Below, piece by piece: positions 29,802 to 39,434 of a DNA stretch of 64,000 bases; position 1 is the first letter of the stretch, and every line of letters starts with the position of its first letter. The position numbers and the translations under genes were made by a program. The stretch spans positions 64,001 to 128,000 of IMG/VR virus record IMGVR_UViG_2595698914_000001; one strand, 5' to 3'. This DNA is from a virus (lineage: Duplodnaviria > Caudoviricetes). Below the pieces are notes generated by a model. It had not been told where the DNA came from. It was given only the letters and a program-made list of their open reading frames with translations, and searched no databases.

Positions 29802-30249
29802 TATTCCTGATTTAAGACTACCATTAGGTAAAGTAGGTGTCCAGATTGATATTCATCTACTTAATATTATGGCTGCTGAAATATTAAAGCCTAATGGTTT
29901 AATCTGTATCTTAGATGAACCCTTACCTGGACATAAGAAGATTAACTTACAGATTACCGACTTAGAAACTAAGAACGGTCATGTTACTATTAGTGCTAAA
30001 CGTATAGGTATGGTTCTGATGGATGAGTGTTGTAATACAAAGACACTTACGCCAATAGATATACCAGACCTAGCTAATGGTGCGTTCCTTAAGTTTACTT
30101 TAGATGGTGGTTGTAAGTTAAGTATTATCGTTCCTAAGGAAGAACGTCCTGTACTTCAAGTAGCAGTTAAAGAAGCTACATACTGTCCAAGTAAGAATAG
30201 TTACGTTTATATTAATAAGCTAGTTAAACCTTACTATTACGATAAGTAG
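29779..30249 (+). CDS. Hypothetical protein
   Basis: 156-aa ORF in operon. Confidence 0.7.
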   Translation: MVMKKQNDIPDLRLPLGKVGVQIDIHLLNIMAAEILKPNGLICILDEPLPGHKKINLQITDLETKNGHVTISAKRIGMVLMDECCNTKTLTPIDIPDLANGAFLKFTLDGGCKLSIIVPKEERPVLQVAVKEATYCPSKNSYVYINKLVKPYYYDK

Positions 30250-30255
30250 TTTATT

Positions 30256-31539
30256 ATGGAACTAGGTAAAGAAGAATGGTTAGAAAAACTTAAAGATTTA
30301 TTACTTAAAGAAGATGAGGTCAGATTACTTATCTGTGGTAGTAGAGACTTAACAGACCCTGCACCCATATACAATATCCTAGTTCCTTTATTAGCCTCGC
30401 TTAGTATTGAGGTGGGTTCTAGGTTAATAATAGTTGAGGGTGGTGCTAGAGGTGCAGATAAGGTAGCTAAAGACTTAGCTTTACGTCTAGGATTACGTTG
30501 TGAAACCTACGTGGCTGATTGGGATAACTTAGGTCGTTCAGCGGGTTACGTTCGTAATGCTGATATGGTTAAAGTGTCTTCTGCTACATTAGCTTACTGG
30601 GATAGAATTAGTAAAGGTACCAAACACTCAATAAACCTTTCAATTAAAAAGAGGATACCCCTTATGATAGAGGATGGTAAATTAGATAAGTTGATGTCAG
30701 AGGGTGATGTGGTTAATAACTTAGTTAAAAATCATCTAATGAACAACCTAACATTCGCACAAAGCGACCTGCAAGAATCTGTATCGTATTTAAATGAAAT
30801 TACTAAATGCGATACTTCTTTGGTGGACTTAGTTGCAGAACTAGATAGAACACACGAAGTTAAGCCCGAATACCTAAACAGCATTAACCTAGATTATATC
30901 TCATCTAAGTTAGCAGTGCGTGGTATGGAAGCTGATAAGTTAACTGAGGTTAGTTCTCAGCTGTCTAAGATTAAAGATATAATTACCCCTAAGGTAGTTA
31001 ACTTAATATACTTAAAATTAGACACAGGCGGTTTCCCCGGATATAAACACTACATCCGTTCGAAGGGTGAAGATTATTATCCAGTATTACGTATAACAAT
31101 GATTATTAATGATGCTCCTCCTTTAGATTTAATTATTAATCCTAAGGAAACTATAGAACATATAGATAAAGGTGCTCTTAAGATTCATGAAGAAAGCGGT
31201 CTATTAGAATTAGCTAAGTCTTCTAAAATAGATTTAGAAACCGCCAACGCTATGGTTAAGAAGTATATACATGATACAGGTATTAAGTCTACTAACCCAA
31301 CAGATAATATTCATACTCATCTTGTTGGTTATAATACAGACTTCCTACGCACATTCATGACTGCTAAGTTCCCTAACGTACTTTCTATATGTAGCCCTAA
31401 AGATATAGATGTGTTTAAACTGGTAGGTGTAATGGAGATAACAGGTAAGTACGATATCATTCCTGTACCTCAGTTATACCGACATGACCCAATTAAGTAT
31501 TTAAATGTCTTAAAGAATACTGTAGATAAGATACTATAA
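30256..31539 (+). CDS. SLOG (DUF2493/YspA-like) domain fused to a degenerate oligoribonuclease-like domain
   Basis: N-term LICGSRD, VEGGARGAD, ADW...GRSAGYVRN..M, SKGTKH; C-term YLKLDTGG, YYPVLRI, IHEESGLL, LVGYNTDFLRTFM, DIDV. Confidence 0.75.
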   Translation: MELGKEEWLEKLKDLLLKEDEVRLLICGSRDLTDPAPIYNILVPLLASLSIEVGSRLIIVEGGARGADKVAKDLALRLGLRCETYVADWDNLGRSAGYVRNADMVKVSSATLAYWDRISKGTKHSINLSIKKRIPLMIEDGKLDKLMSEGDVVNNLVKNHLMNNLTFAQSDLQESVSYLNEITKCDTSLVDLVAELDRTHEVKPEYLNSINLDYISSKLAVRGMEADKLTEVSSQLSKIKDIITPKVVNLIYLKLDTGGFPGYKHYIRSKGEDYYPVLRITMIINDAPPLDLIINPKETIEHIDKGALKIHEESGLLELAKSSKIDLETANAMVKKYIHDTGIKSTNPTDNIHTHLVGYNTDFLRTFMTAKFPNVLSICSPKDIDVFKLVGVMEITGKYDIIPVPQLYRHDPIKYLNVLKNTVDKIL

Positions 31540-31550
31540 TTTAATGTATT

Positions 31551-31580
31551 AAAAAGAAGGGTTTCGACTCTTCTTTTTTT
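31551..31580 (+). terminator. Intrinsic terminator
   Basis: AAAAGAAGGGT-ttcg-ACTCTTCTTTT plus T run. Confidence 0.8.
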
Positions 31581-31597
31581 GTCTGTGTGATTAGCTA

Positions 31598-31627
31598 TTT
31601 ATAAGCCTATATTATATAAGTGAATTA
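31598..31627 (+). promoter_or_regulatory. Putative early promoter P4
   Basis: TTTATA-agcc-TATATTAT-ataa-GTGAATTA. Confidence 0.75.
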
Positions 31628-31705
31628 ACGTATATTTAAACTATGTTATTTCATGAAGAAACCATTAAACATTATCCTAAGAAAATAAACTAAAGGAAAT
31701 TTCCT

Positions 31706-32494
31706 ATGAAAACGAATAACGTATTAGTACCTGCAACTGCAACTAAGTTCCTACCAACAGTTCTTACTGATGAGATTGCATTATATCAAGATAACAAAGA
31801 TAAAGAAATTCATCCACTAGTTGCGGATGTTGCTGCATTTGACCGTAGCTATGACTTTACTGACGACGGTAAGGTATGGGCTAATGCTCACAGACGTAAA
31901 GAGGAGTTGACTACAGCTATCTATGAAGCACCTACCTTTACGGAAGAACAGAAGGGTGCGTTATATACTGGATTAACGTTAAGAGGTCACAAGAGATTAG
32001 TTGAAGTGTTTCCTGAGTTAAATAGTGAATTAAGCTCACGAACTAAAGAACTGATGGAAGTTATCTCTGATGGGGAGTATGATGAAGAACGTATCGAAAA
32101 TACTATTAATTTAGTTAATCAATTAAAAGCTATCTTCGATAATACTTCAGTACAATCATATAGTGACTTCCTTATTAAAACTAGAAGTATTAGTAAATAT
32201 GGTTATAACGATTTAGCTGATTTCAAGAAGCTTTGTTTATCTAAGAAAAGTAATGACTTATTCAATGAGTTAGTACCTAAATTATGTAAAGAAGATATTG
32301 AATACGTACGTAAACTTAAGTCGTTACTATCTCCATGTGTAAATGCTGGTACTGAAAATAGTCCTAATTATCAGACACAAACTCTAGTTCCCGATATAGA
32401 TGTGTATATTCGTTATTTAGACATTAACGAAATACCAGTAATGAAGATTTCTACATCTACTTCCAATTGGAATATTGTTGTAATACTAGACTAA
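31706..32494 (+). CDS. Hypothetical protein, monocistronic early unit
   Basis: 262 aa, AAAGGA RBS; FDRSYDFTDDGKVW motif. Confidence 0.75.
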   Translation: MKTNNVLVPATATKFLPTVLTDEIALYQDNKDKEIHPLVADVAAFDRSYDFTDDGKVWANAHRRKEELTTAIYEAPTFTEEQKGALYTGLTLRGHKRLVEVFPELNSELSSRTKELMEVISDGEYDEERIENTINLVNQLKAIFDNTSVQSYSDFLIKTRSISKYGYNDLADFKKLCLSKKSNDLFNELVPKLCKEDIEYVRKLKSLLSPCVNAGTENSPNYQTQTLVPDIDVYIRYLDINEIPVMKISTSTSNWNIVVILD

Positions 32495-32500
32495 CGTATA

Positions 32501-32535
32501 ATATACTACCTACTCGTAATGAGTAGGTAGTATAT
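32501..32535. terminator. Bidirectional terminator
   Basis: 15-bp perfect stem ATATACTACCTACTC-gtaat-GAGTAGGTAGTATAT between convergent genes. Confidence 0.8.
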
Positions 32536-32555
32536 AATTATAATTTATTTTTTAT

Positions 32556-33443
32556 TTAAACGCTAAACGGGTATTTGATTTCACCTTGATGTTCGTAATC
32601 TACTACTTCAAAGTCATCCAATGTAACCCATGTACGTAAATCTTCTAATGTCTTAATCTTAGGATTGATTATAAGACGAGCGGTAGGTTCATATGGAGTT
32701 CTATCCATCTGGATGTTCTTAAACGTTTCTAGTTGGTCTTCGTAGATATGAACGTTAACTAGTTTATGACCCGCTGTCTTAGGCTTGTTGTTTGTAATTT
32801 GAGCCATAAGAGCAAGTAACGTAAATACTTGAACTTGATTAAATGCACTACCTAAACAATGGTCTGCTGAACGTTGATTACTATCTAGGTATAACTTACC
32901 ATTAACTAAAGAGAAATGATGTTCATACATACACGGACGTAAGCAACCTAAATTAAATGCACCTGGATTCCACATTTGCCAGATCTCACCACGGTCATCA
33001 ATACCATCTTTAAGATTATTATAAATCTTTTCTAGTTGGTCAAGACTACCAGTAATACATAACTTACCTGGGTTCTCTTTAGACTCTCCAAGTATAGGCC
33101 AGTTGTTACCGACTGCACCATATACATAACCCATATCATCTTCGCCGCGACGAGACTCGTTAGCTAACCACGCTTCATTTAAGTTAGCATTAGCATCCCA
33201 AGTTTTAGTTCCTAACTTACGGAAGTCTTCTGCGTTAGTGTAACCACGAATGTAACCTAGTAGTTCGGCTACGGCTGCTTTCCAATAACTCTTACGTGTA
33301 GTAAGCATCGGTAGTATACCTGCTTCAACATCATATTCCATGTTAGCACGTATAACAGTTAGGCAACGTTTACCTGTACGTTCATTATATACCCATTCAC
33401 CTTCTTCTACAATACGACGACCTAAGTCTAAATAAGATTTCAT
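32556..33443 (-). CDS. thyA: Thymidylate synthase
   Basis: ERTG, LTTRK, WDANA, LRPCM (catalytic Cys), QRSAD..LG..FN, VHIY. Confidence 0.95.
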   Translation of the reverse strand: MKSYLDLGRRIVEEGEWVYNERTGKRCLTVIRANMEYDVEAGILPMLTTRKSYWKAAVAELLGYIRGYTNAEDFRKLGTKTWDANANLNEAWLANESRRGEDDMGYVYGAVGNNWPILGESKENPGKLCITGSLDQLEKIYNNLKDGIDDRGEIWQMWNPGAFNLGCLRPCMYEHHFSLVNGKLYLDSNQRSADHCLGSAFNQVQVFTLLALMAQITNNKPKTAGHKLVNVHIYEDQLETFKNIQMDRTPYEPTARLIINPKIKTLEDLRTWVTLDDFEVVDYEHQGEIKYPFSV

Positions 33444-33519
33444 AAATACATTCCTTCTAATTGGTTATGTTAATCAGATTAACTTTAGAACAATGTAATC
33501 TTAAATATATAACTTAGGA

Positions 33520-33951
33520 ATGTTAAAAATGAAATATTGTATTATTTTAATTACACTAATAGCGACTGTAATTCTCTCTGGTTGCTCAGATGATGCTGAT
33601 ATTGCATCCGATAACTTATCAAAAGCCGCTGATAACTTTGAAGTAGTAAGGCGCGTCGTATTCTACAATGGTATCACTGGTGAATATATTCTAGTAGTTC
33701 AGGGTCTATGTTCTGTTGAGAAAGATTTAAAAACTGTATCATTTATATGTAAAAACGGAGAAGGGAAATATGTTAAGCATATGTTAGGTCTATCTGATAA
33801 TGTTACCTATTTCTCAGAACAGTTAGTGAATGTTGATGTTAGCGTACATAATTACCGCGTAACATTTAAACCAGACACAATACTACCAGATATAAATATA
33901 CGTAGTCAACTTATAGAAAACAACGATAATGTTAGAATAGGTAAAAAGTAA
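33520..33951 (+). CDS. Phage lipoprotein
   Basis: Signal peptide ending in lipobox LSGC; ASDNLSKAADNFEVVRRVVFYNGITG. Confidence 0.8.
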   Translation: MLKMKYCIILITLIATVILSGCSDDADIASDNLSKAADNFEVVRRVVFYNGITGEYILVVQGLCSVEKDLKTVSFICKNGEGKYVKHMLGLSDNVTYFSEQLVNVDVSVHNYRVTFKPDTILPDINIRSQLIENNDNVRIGKK

Positions 33952-33971
33952 CATAGGTGAATTAAAGTATC

Positions 33972-34367
33972 ATGAGTACAATATTAAATAGAACAGAAGT
34001 TGAATTACTTCTACAGATTACAGAAGTCGATGATGAAGTTATAGTAGATGGTCAGGCTATGACACTAGAAGACCTGAGTGTATCTTCTGTATACAGCGTT
34101 AATGAACTTAAAACAATTAGAGCTGGTCTTGAGCGAGTTAAAGCTATTGAGTATACCTATCAAAAGGCTTTAAAAGAAGAACGTGAGAAGTATGCTAGAT
34201 TATTAGCGGATATGAAGGGTGCCTGTGAAATCATACGTGAGATACCAACTAGTGACTGGGAACACGGACATATGGGTTTTCCTGGTGAGCATGTAAATCG
34301 TAATCCAGCATACATTAGACGACTAGCAGCAGAAGTACTGGAGTCTAAATTAAATGAATATAAGTAA
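33972..34367 (+). CDS. Hypothetical protein
   Basis: 131-aa ORF. Confidence 0.7.
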   Translation: MSTILNRTEVELLLQITEVDDEVIVDGQAMTLEDLSVSSVYSVNELKTIRAGLERVKAIEYTYQKALKEEREKYARLLADMKGACEIIREIPTSDWEHGHMGFPGEHVNRNPAYIRRLAAEVLESKLNEYK

Positions 34368-34926
34368 ATTGAGTGTAATACAAAAAGATTACCTATGGGT
34401 TACGTTGTCGTTAATATTCATCAACACGTTCTTAATAGCTTACACTATAATTACTTATATCAATATAGTGGGTTCTCAGGGTATGGTTATTAAAGAATAC
34501 CTAGTATCTGCTTTTGGTTTAATATTAGTTTTACCATATATAGGTAGAATGAATAAGGCTTACCCAATAAGATGTTTGAAGGTAGCTATAGTGTTAGAAG
34601 TAGGATGTATGTTAGGTTATACATATGTTAGCTTTAATCCGGAAGCTATATACGTATTGTTTATATCTACATTCGCTTTAGTCTGTGCCAATATACTATC
34701 TAGAAGTATGAATACTAAAGTAGGTAGTTACGTTGTAGCTGGTTGCGATGACTATAGTAATCTTATAACAAGTTACTCTGCTTTATGTACTGGTGTATGT
34801 TCCTTAATAGGTCTAGTTCTTATGTACTACGAAGTTAATGTTATAGTTGTACTGGTATTACTTAATGTATCTATATTAGTAAGTAGACATTATAAGTTAA
34901 AAGTATTTAAGGTAGTATATGCGTAA
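34354..34926 (+). CDS. Multi-pass membrane protein, paralog B
   Basis: About six hydrophobic segments; similar to 26749..27360. Confidence 0.75.
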   Translation: MNISKLSVIQKDYLWVTLSLIFINTFLIAYTIITYINIVGSQGMVIKEYLVSAFGLILVLPYIGRMNKAYPIRCLKVAIVLEVGCMLGYTYVSFNPEAIYVLFISTFALVCANILSRSMNTKVGSYVVAGCDDYSNLITSYSALCTGVCSLIGLVLMYYEVNVIVVLVLLNVSILVSRHYKLKVFKVVYA

Positions 34927-34955
34927 ATAGAGGAGAGCAAAAGCTCTCCTCTATT
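34926..34955. terminator. Terminator, AAATAGAGGAGAGC family copy 2
   Basis: AATAGAGGAGAGC-aaaa-GCTCTCCTCTATT between convergent genes. Confidence 0.8.
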
Positions 34956-34956
34956 A

Positions 34957-35754
34957 TTACATGTTCTTCATTAATAGTTTAACAAACTTGGTTTTCTTTT
35001 CTACATCAATATGGAATTCTGTACGTCTCCATAATTGTAGTAGGTCTTTATAGTTCTGACCCGCATCTGAGTAATTAGATATCTCATCTGCAAAAGCACC
35101 AATACCCATACCACGTTCTACTAAACCCTGACCTAACTTAACACGATGGAAGTTATAGATATACTGCTTACACTTCTCAACACATAACTCGCCAAACTTA
35201 TAGAAAGCTTTAGGTGGTATATGCGTCATCTCCTTACTTACTGCTAGGTTTACTTGAGCATTAGTAAAGGTAGTTAAGTTAGCCACATCATGAACTAATA
35301 TCGTATTAGGTGCAATCATCTCACACTTAGTAGTACTAGTAACTGGTAATGATGTAGTAGCATCTAATACACTATCTAGTAGTCTTTCTGATTCATTAGA
35401 ACTAGAACTATTAATAAAGTTATTAGAACCATTAGCTGTACCAAACCCCACACGATAAACTTCAAGTATAGGTCTACCACCGGATACTGCTAAGGGTACA
35501 TTAATTACAGCAGAACCATCAGCATTTATAAATGGTGCAATACCAGATATATCTATGTTTGTTTCTCGACCGGTAATTAACTGAATATCTAAGTAAACAC
35601 TACCTTCTAAAACTTGACTTGAAATAGAAGAGTCCATGGTAACATATTGAAACAGTTCTCCACCTACACCTGGTCGACTAAATGTAGCTTCTAATATCTC
35701 ACGAGGTATATCCTCTTTAATTCTTCTTAGGGCAAAACCTGTAATCTGCTCCAT
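34957..35754 (-). CDS. Conserved phiKZ-like protein, probably virion (gp42-like by position)
   Basis: Start reset to ATG 35754 (GGAG RBS); ALRRIKEDIPREILEATF, CKQYIYN, ISNYSDA motifs. Confidence 0.65.
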   Translation of the reverse strand: MEQITGFALRRIKEDIPREILEATFSRPGVGGELFQYVTMDSSISSQVLEGSVYLDIQLITGRETNIDISGIAPFINADGSAVINVPLAVSGGRPILEVYRVGFGTANGSNNFINSSSSNESERLLDSVLDATTSLPVTSTTKCEMIAPNTILVHDVANLTTFTNAQVNLAVSKEMTHIPPKAFYKFGELCVEKCKQYIYNFHRVKLGQGLVERGMGIGAFADEISNYSDAGQNYKDLLQLWRRTEFHIDVEKKTKFVKLLMKNM

Positions 35755-35856
35755 TATAAACTCCACTAATACAATTAAGACATAGGACTTTAAGTCCCAC
35801 TGGTTAAATATTATGTCCTCGTTCATCTAAACTTCATAAAAGTAGTATTCTTAGTA

Positions 35857-36135
35857 ATGAAAAGTAAAGATGTGGTACTAACACATAAAGGAATTATTCT
35901 ACGAGATAATCTTCTAGAATATATAAAGGGAGCTATATCCTCTGATGATATAGTTTGTTATGATTTAAGAAAGTACGTAAAATGTAATAAAGACGCCAGT
36001 AAATCTATAGGTGTCATCTATGGTTATTTCTCAGGTAAGTTTTATACTGATATAAGTAACTACCAAATACGTAAATTAAATCTAGATGCTAGAGTAGTAA
36101 AGGTAATTGTAAAATATTTATCAACCGTCAATTAA
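35857..36135 (+). CDS. Hypothetical protein
   Basis: 92-aa ORF. Confidence 0.6.
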   Translation: MKSKDVVLTHKGIILRDNLLEYIKGAISSDDIVCYDLRKYVKCNKDASKSIGVIYGYFSGKFYTDISNYQIRKLNLDARVVKVIVKYLSTVN

Positions 36136-36155
36136 ATCAATCATCGGAGTACAGT

Positions 36156-36731
36156 ATGCTAAAGTCCCTACGTAATTTATTAATCGCCTATCATGAAGGT
36201 GAAACTATTTCACAGTATAAGAAGATAACTACTATACAGAAACCCCTTAATCACGTTCATGATGATAAAGTAGCTGGTTGTCTGGATGCTATTTACGTTC
36301 AGTGGGTAGCGGTAGATGAGATAGACGGTAACTACTTCGATATGATAACTACTGGTTCTCATAATGTAGCGTACTCGTATTATGTTAAAGATGGTTCAGG
36401 TAATATCTTATCCAGTCGTGGTCAAACATGGAAAGACTCGATTGAATGTTTAAAAGAACATGAGCCAATCTTTGATAGAGTAGCAGATGTTTATGTAGAG
36501 TCTCATGAATTACCATTATCAGATACTATATCTAAACCGGATAACTGGTTCTTTGCTCCATCATGGTATAAGTTAAATGTTAACAAAGATAACGTCGAAG
36601 ATTATATAGATATGATTGAAGACTACATTCTGGGTTACATTACTAAAGACCTTAGTACTTGGAATGAGTATAGTGAAGATTCAGCAATTAGAATGCATTC
36701 GATAATTAAAGGTTACAATGTAAATATTTAA
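36156..36731 (+). CDS. Hypothetical protein
   Basis: 191 aa, GGAG RBS. Confidence 0.7.
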   Translation: MLKSLRNLLIAYHEGETISQYKKITTIQKPLNHVHDDKVAGCLDAIYVQWVAVDEIDGNYFDMITTGSHNVAYSYYVKDGSGNILSSRGQTWKDSIECLKEHEPIFDRVADVYVESHELPLSDTISKPDNWFFAPSWYKLNVNKDNVEDYIDMIEDYILGYITKDLSTWNEYSEDSAIRMHSIIKGYNVNI

Positions 36732-36734
36732 TTA

Positions 36735-36758
36735 ATGGAAGGGCAGATGCCCTTCCAT
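36735..36758. terminator. Bidirectional terminator
   Basis: ATGGAAGGGC-agat-GCCCTTCCAT. Confidence 0.75.
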
Positions 36759-36760
36759 AT

Positions 36761-37207
36761 TTATGCGGTTATTTTATTTTTAACAGATACTATTTTAGCC
36801 CAGATATAATTAACGCCTATTAGAGGTATAGTGTAACGGTACTTAAATCTGTAACTTAATTTTCTAAGCATAACTTCTTTATCTACCCAAGCTCTGAAAT
36901 TATTATCAGTAAACATACCATTAAACTCTAATACACAATGACCTTCACTATCTCCACCCTTAATAGGTACACGAATATAATGTAGTTTAGCTTTTTTAGT
37001 TAGTAATAATTTAAACATACCCCACTTAGTACCACCAGCCAAAGTCTTAAGTACAGTTAGAGAAAAGTTTTCACAATTACATTCCATAATCTTACTTAGA
37101 GGTATAGTAGTCCAATACTCCTTAACCCCGTACCTCTCAGAATCCTGTCTATAATTAAATGCTATAATTAATGGCTCTAATGCTTTTTTCATCTCATTTG
37201 TAATCAT
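36761..37207 (-). CDS. Transglutaminase-like cysteine peptidase candidate
   Basis: Start reset to 37207 (GGAG RBS); CNCENFS, GHCVL, FTDN give a Cys-His-Asp triad like BTLCP GDCED...HAVL...LDN. Confidence 0.6.
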   Translation of the reverse strand: MITNEMKKALEPLIIAFNYRQDSERYGVKEYWTTIPLSKIMECNCENFSLTVLKTLAGGTKWGMFKLLLTKKAKLHYIRVPIKGGDSEGHCVLEFNGMFTDNNFRAWVDKEVMLRKLSYRFKYRYTIPLIGVNYIWAKIVSVKNKITA

Positions 37208-37371
37208 AACGAAGACTCCTGTAATTAAATCTAAGCGCATTTGCATAGTACTTAATACGAAACTATGGTATGAGTACATACATCGCAGTATATATGAGGT
37301 GAGGAGTCCCCAATACCCCAAATAATAATATAGTTTAACTAACTTTTTCAATCTAGTAAGGAAAGTGTAAT

Positions 37372-38310
37372 ATGAAAGTATTAATTATGGGTTTAGGCGG
37401 TTTCGGCATTAACTTAACTGCACAAGCAGTTCAAGCAATTGCTGAGTCTGAAGAGTTACCTAATACTGACTATCTATTAATTGATGGTTCAGATTCAAAT
37501 ATGGCGAATCGTGATGCATTACGCGATAACTTCTGGAAGGTTGCTAATACCGATGGTGCTGGTAAGAAGCGTGCTAAGGGTGCAGCTCAGTACTTAGATT
37601 TCGTAACAGAAAATCTAGCACAAGTTCCAGATGCAGATATGTATGTATTAGTGTACAGTTTATCAGGTGGTTCAGGTTCAGTAATGGGTCCTGAGTTTAA
37701 CCGTCAGCTTATGTTAGCTGGTAAGAACTGTGTTAATGTTGTATTGTCTACAGATGATTCAAAAGAAGATGTCAAGAACACCTTCAACACATTAACTGGT
37801 TTAGCTAACAACGTTAAGCAATTAGAACGTCCAATTCACTTCGTACTAGAAGAATCTTCTATGGGTACTCGTAGCGAAGTTGATTCAGTTATGTTAGACC
37901 ACGTTATCAGCATGGCGTCTATCTGCGGTACTCCACATCACGGTCTTGATAGTAACGACGTTAAGAGTTGGTTAGATTATCAACTACATGATGTTAAACC
38001 TGGCCTTACTCTAATTGAGCGTTTTGATGATGCAGAAGCTCTAGGTAAACTATCTGGTTCTGTTATTACTATCCTTAGCTTACTTACTGACCCTGATAAT
38101 ATGGTTCCTCGTGTAGGTGCAGTATTCAATACTGATGGTATTAGTGAAGCAGAAATGGATACACACTTTATTACTACTACCAAACATATGGATAATCTGA
38201 GCCGTAAAATTACAGCCCAACATGAAGAATACCAAAAGGTTGCTGGCGGTCTAAACGTCAAAGAAAGCTTTGGTAGCGCGGACTGTGGTGATAATGGTAT
38301 GGTTTACTAA
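37372..38310 (+). CDS. phuZ: PhuZ phage tubulin
   Basis: GLGGFGIN, GAGKKR, tubulin signature SLSGGSGS, LDSNDV, short acidic tail GDNGMVY. Confidence 0.92.
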   Translation: MKVLIMGLGGFGINLTAQAVQAIAESEELPNTDYLLIDGSDSNMANRDALRDNFWKVANTDGAGKKRAKGAAQYLDFVTENLAQVPDADMYVLVYSLSGGSGSVMGPEFNRQLMLAGKNCVNVVLSTDDSKEDVKNTFNTLTGLANNVKQLERPIHFVLEESSMGTRSEVDSVMLDHVISMASICGTPHHGLDSNDVKSWLDYQLHDVKPGLTLIERFDDAEALGKLSGSVITILSLLTDPDNMVPRVGAVFNTDGISEAEMDTHFITTTKHMDNLSRKITAQHEEYQKVAGGLNVKESFGSADCGDNGMVY

Positions 38311-38320
38311 TCCACTTATT

Positions 38321-38342
38321 AGGTAGGTCTCACGACCTACCT
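38321..38342 (+). terminator. Hairpin / probable terminator
   Basis: AGGTAGGTC-tcac-GACCTACCT. Confidence 0.65.
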
Positions 38343-38357
38343 CCCTTACCCTATTCA

Positions 38358-38387
38358 TTTACAACTATATATTATAAGTGTGAGTAA
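38358..38387 (+). promoter_or_regulatory. Putative early promoter P5
   Basis: TTTACA-acta-TATATTAT-aagt-GTGAGTAA. Confidence 0.7.
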
Positions 38388-38396
38388 CATTCACTT

Positions 38397-39074
38397 TTGT
38401 TAGGTAGAGTCAACATGGTAATATCAATCGATAGCACATTTTACATTGAGTTATTTAATAATCGAGGAAAAGATACCTTAAAGTTCAGGAATCTATACAG
38501 TCGTTTTATATACCTCACAATTCTAAATAATTTAGATTATCTATTTAGAATAAACCCAATCTTTAATCGTGGGTATGAAAGAACAGATGAATTAGAATCT
38601 TTAGTAACGGTTTTAAACTTCTCTGATGATGAGATAAGTAATGTGTTTAAAGTGGAAGACGTATTACGTAAACATCTTAAAGAACACATCAGTAATGATG
38701 GTTTAGACTTTTATGGTGTATACCGTGTTAGTTTAAATGGTCGTAAACATAGACCTACTTATATGATTAGCTTAATAGCTGACCATCGTATAGTTGAGTG
38801 GGAACAAGGTAGAGGTAAAATTGAATCTGAAGTTAAGGAAATTATCAGTGAAGACTTACCCGCTATAGCAATGAATCCACTTGTACCAAGAACAACATAT
38901 CAGCCAATTATTAATATTAGTAGTAGAGCGGAAACGTCTGCACTATTAACTAATCTTAATGAACATCATGTTATACGTGATATTGAAAATAAAATTGCTA
39001 ATGATTTATTTGTTAGTGACGAAGAACGTGTAAAGTTGGCTGAGTGGGAAGAAGCACATAGTAACGAAGAGTAA
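38397..39074 (+). CDS. Hypothetical protein, first of small-protein array (probable start ATG 38415)
   Basis: ORF directly after promoter P5. Confidence 0.7.
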   Translation: MLGRVNMVISIDSTFYIELFNNRGKDTLKFRNLYSRFIYLTILNNLDYLFRINPIFNRGYERTDELESLVTVLNFSDDEISNVFKVEDVLRKHLKEHISNDGLDFYGVYRVSLNGRKHRPTYMISLIADHRIVEWEQGRGKIESEVKEIISEDLPAIAMNPLVPRTTYQPIINISSRAETSALLTNLNEHHVIRDIENKIANDLFVSDEERVKLAEWEEAHSNEE

Positions 39075-39080
39075 TTAGCT

Positions 39081-39434
39081 ATGTATAGATTAAGAGTTAA
39101 TACCGTAGATATAATTTATCATATTGCATGTTTGATAGAAGATATCTACCCTTACGGTTATGAGTTTAATGCAGATGTTATCTGGGAATTATTTGACGAT
39201 TGTTTCATAGATGATGAATTGCAAAATTACAAAGACTCCGACCTATATGAGGGTTACGTTAACCATGTACCATCGGATATACTAAATAGTACGTTCGAGG
39301 AAATACATGAATTAATAAATACAGCATTGACCTGTGCAATACCAACATTGTATAGGCGTACATTACCAGATACCGTTTTATATAAAGATAATGGTATTTA
39401 TGAGTTACGTTGGAGAAGAGAAACATGCAGCTAG
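39081..39434 (+). CDS. Small acidic protein (array)
   Basis: 117 aa. Confidence 0.7.
   Translation: MYRLRVNTVDIIYHIACLIEDIYPYGYEFNADVIWELFDDCFIDDELQNYKDSDLYEGYVNHVPSDILNSTFEEIHELINTALTCAIPTLYRRTLPDTVLYKDNGIYELRWRRETCS

Noticed and set aside
37208-37351. N-terminal extension of the 196-aa ORF in the track
   Set aside because: It overlaps the phuZ upstream region; a GGAG RBS supports the start at 37207.
37372-38310. Host FtsZ
   Set aside because: Short, lacks the FtsZ linker and C-terminal peptide, and sits in a phage context; PhuZ fits better.
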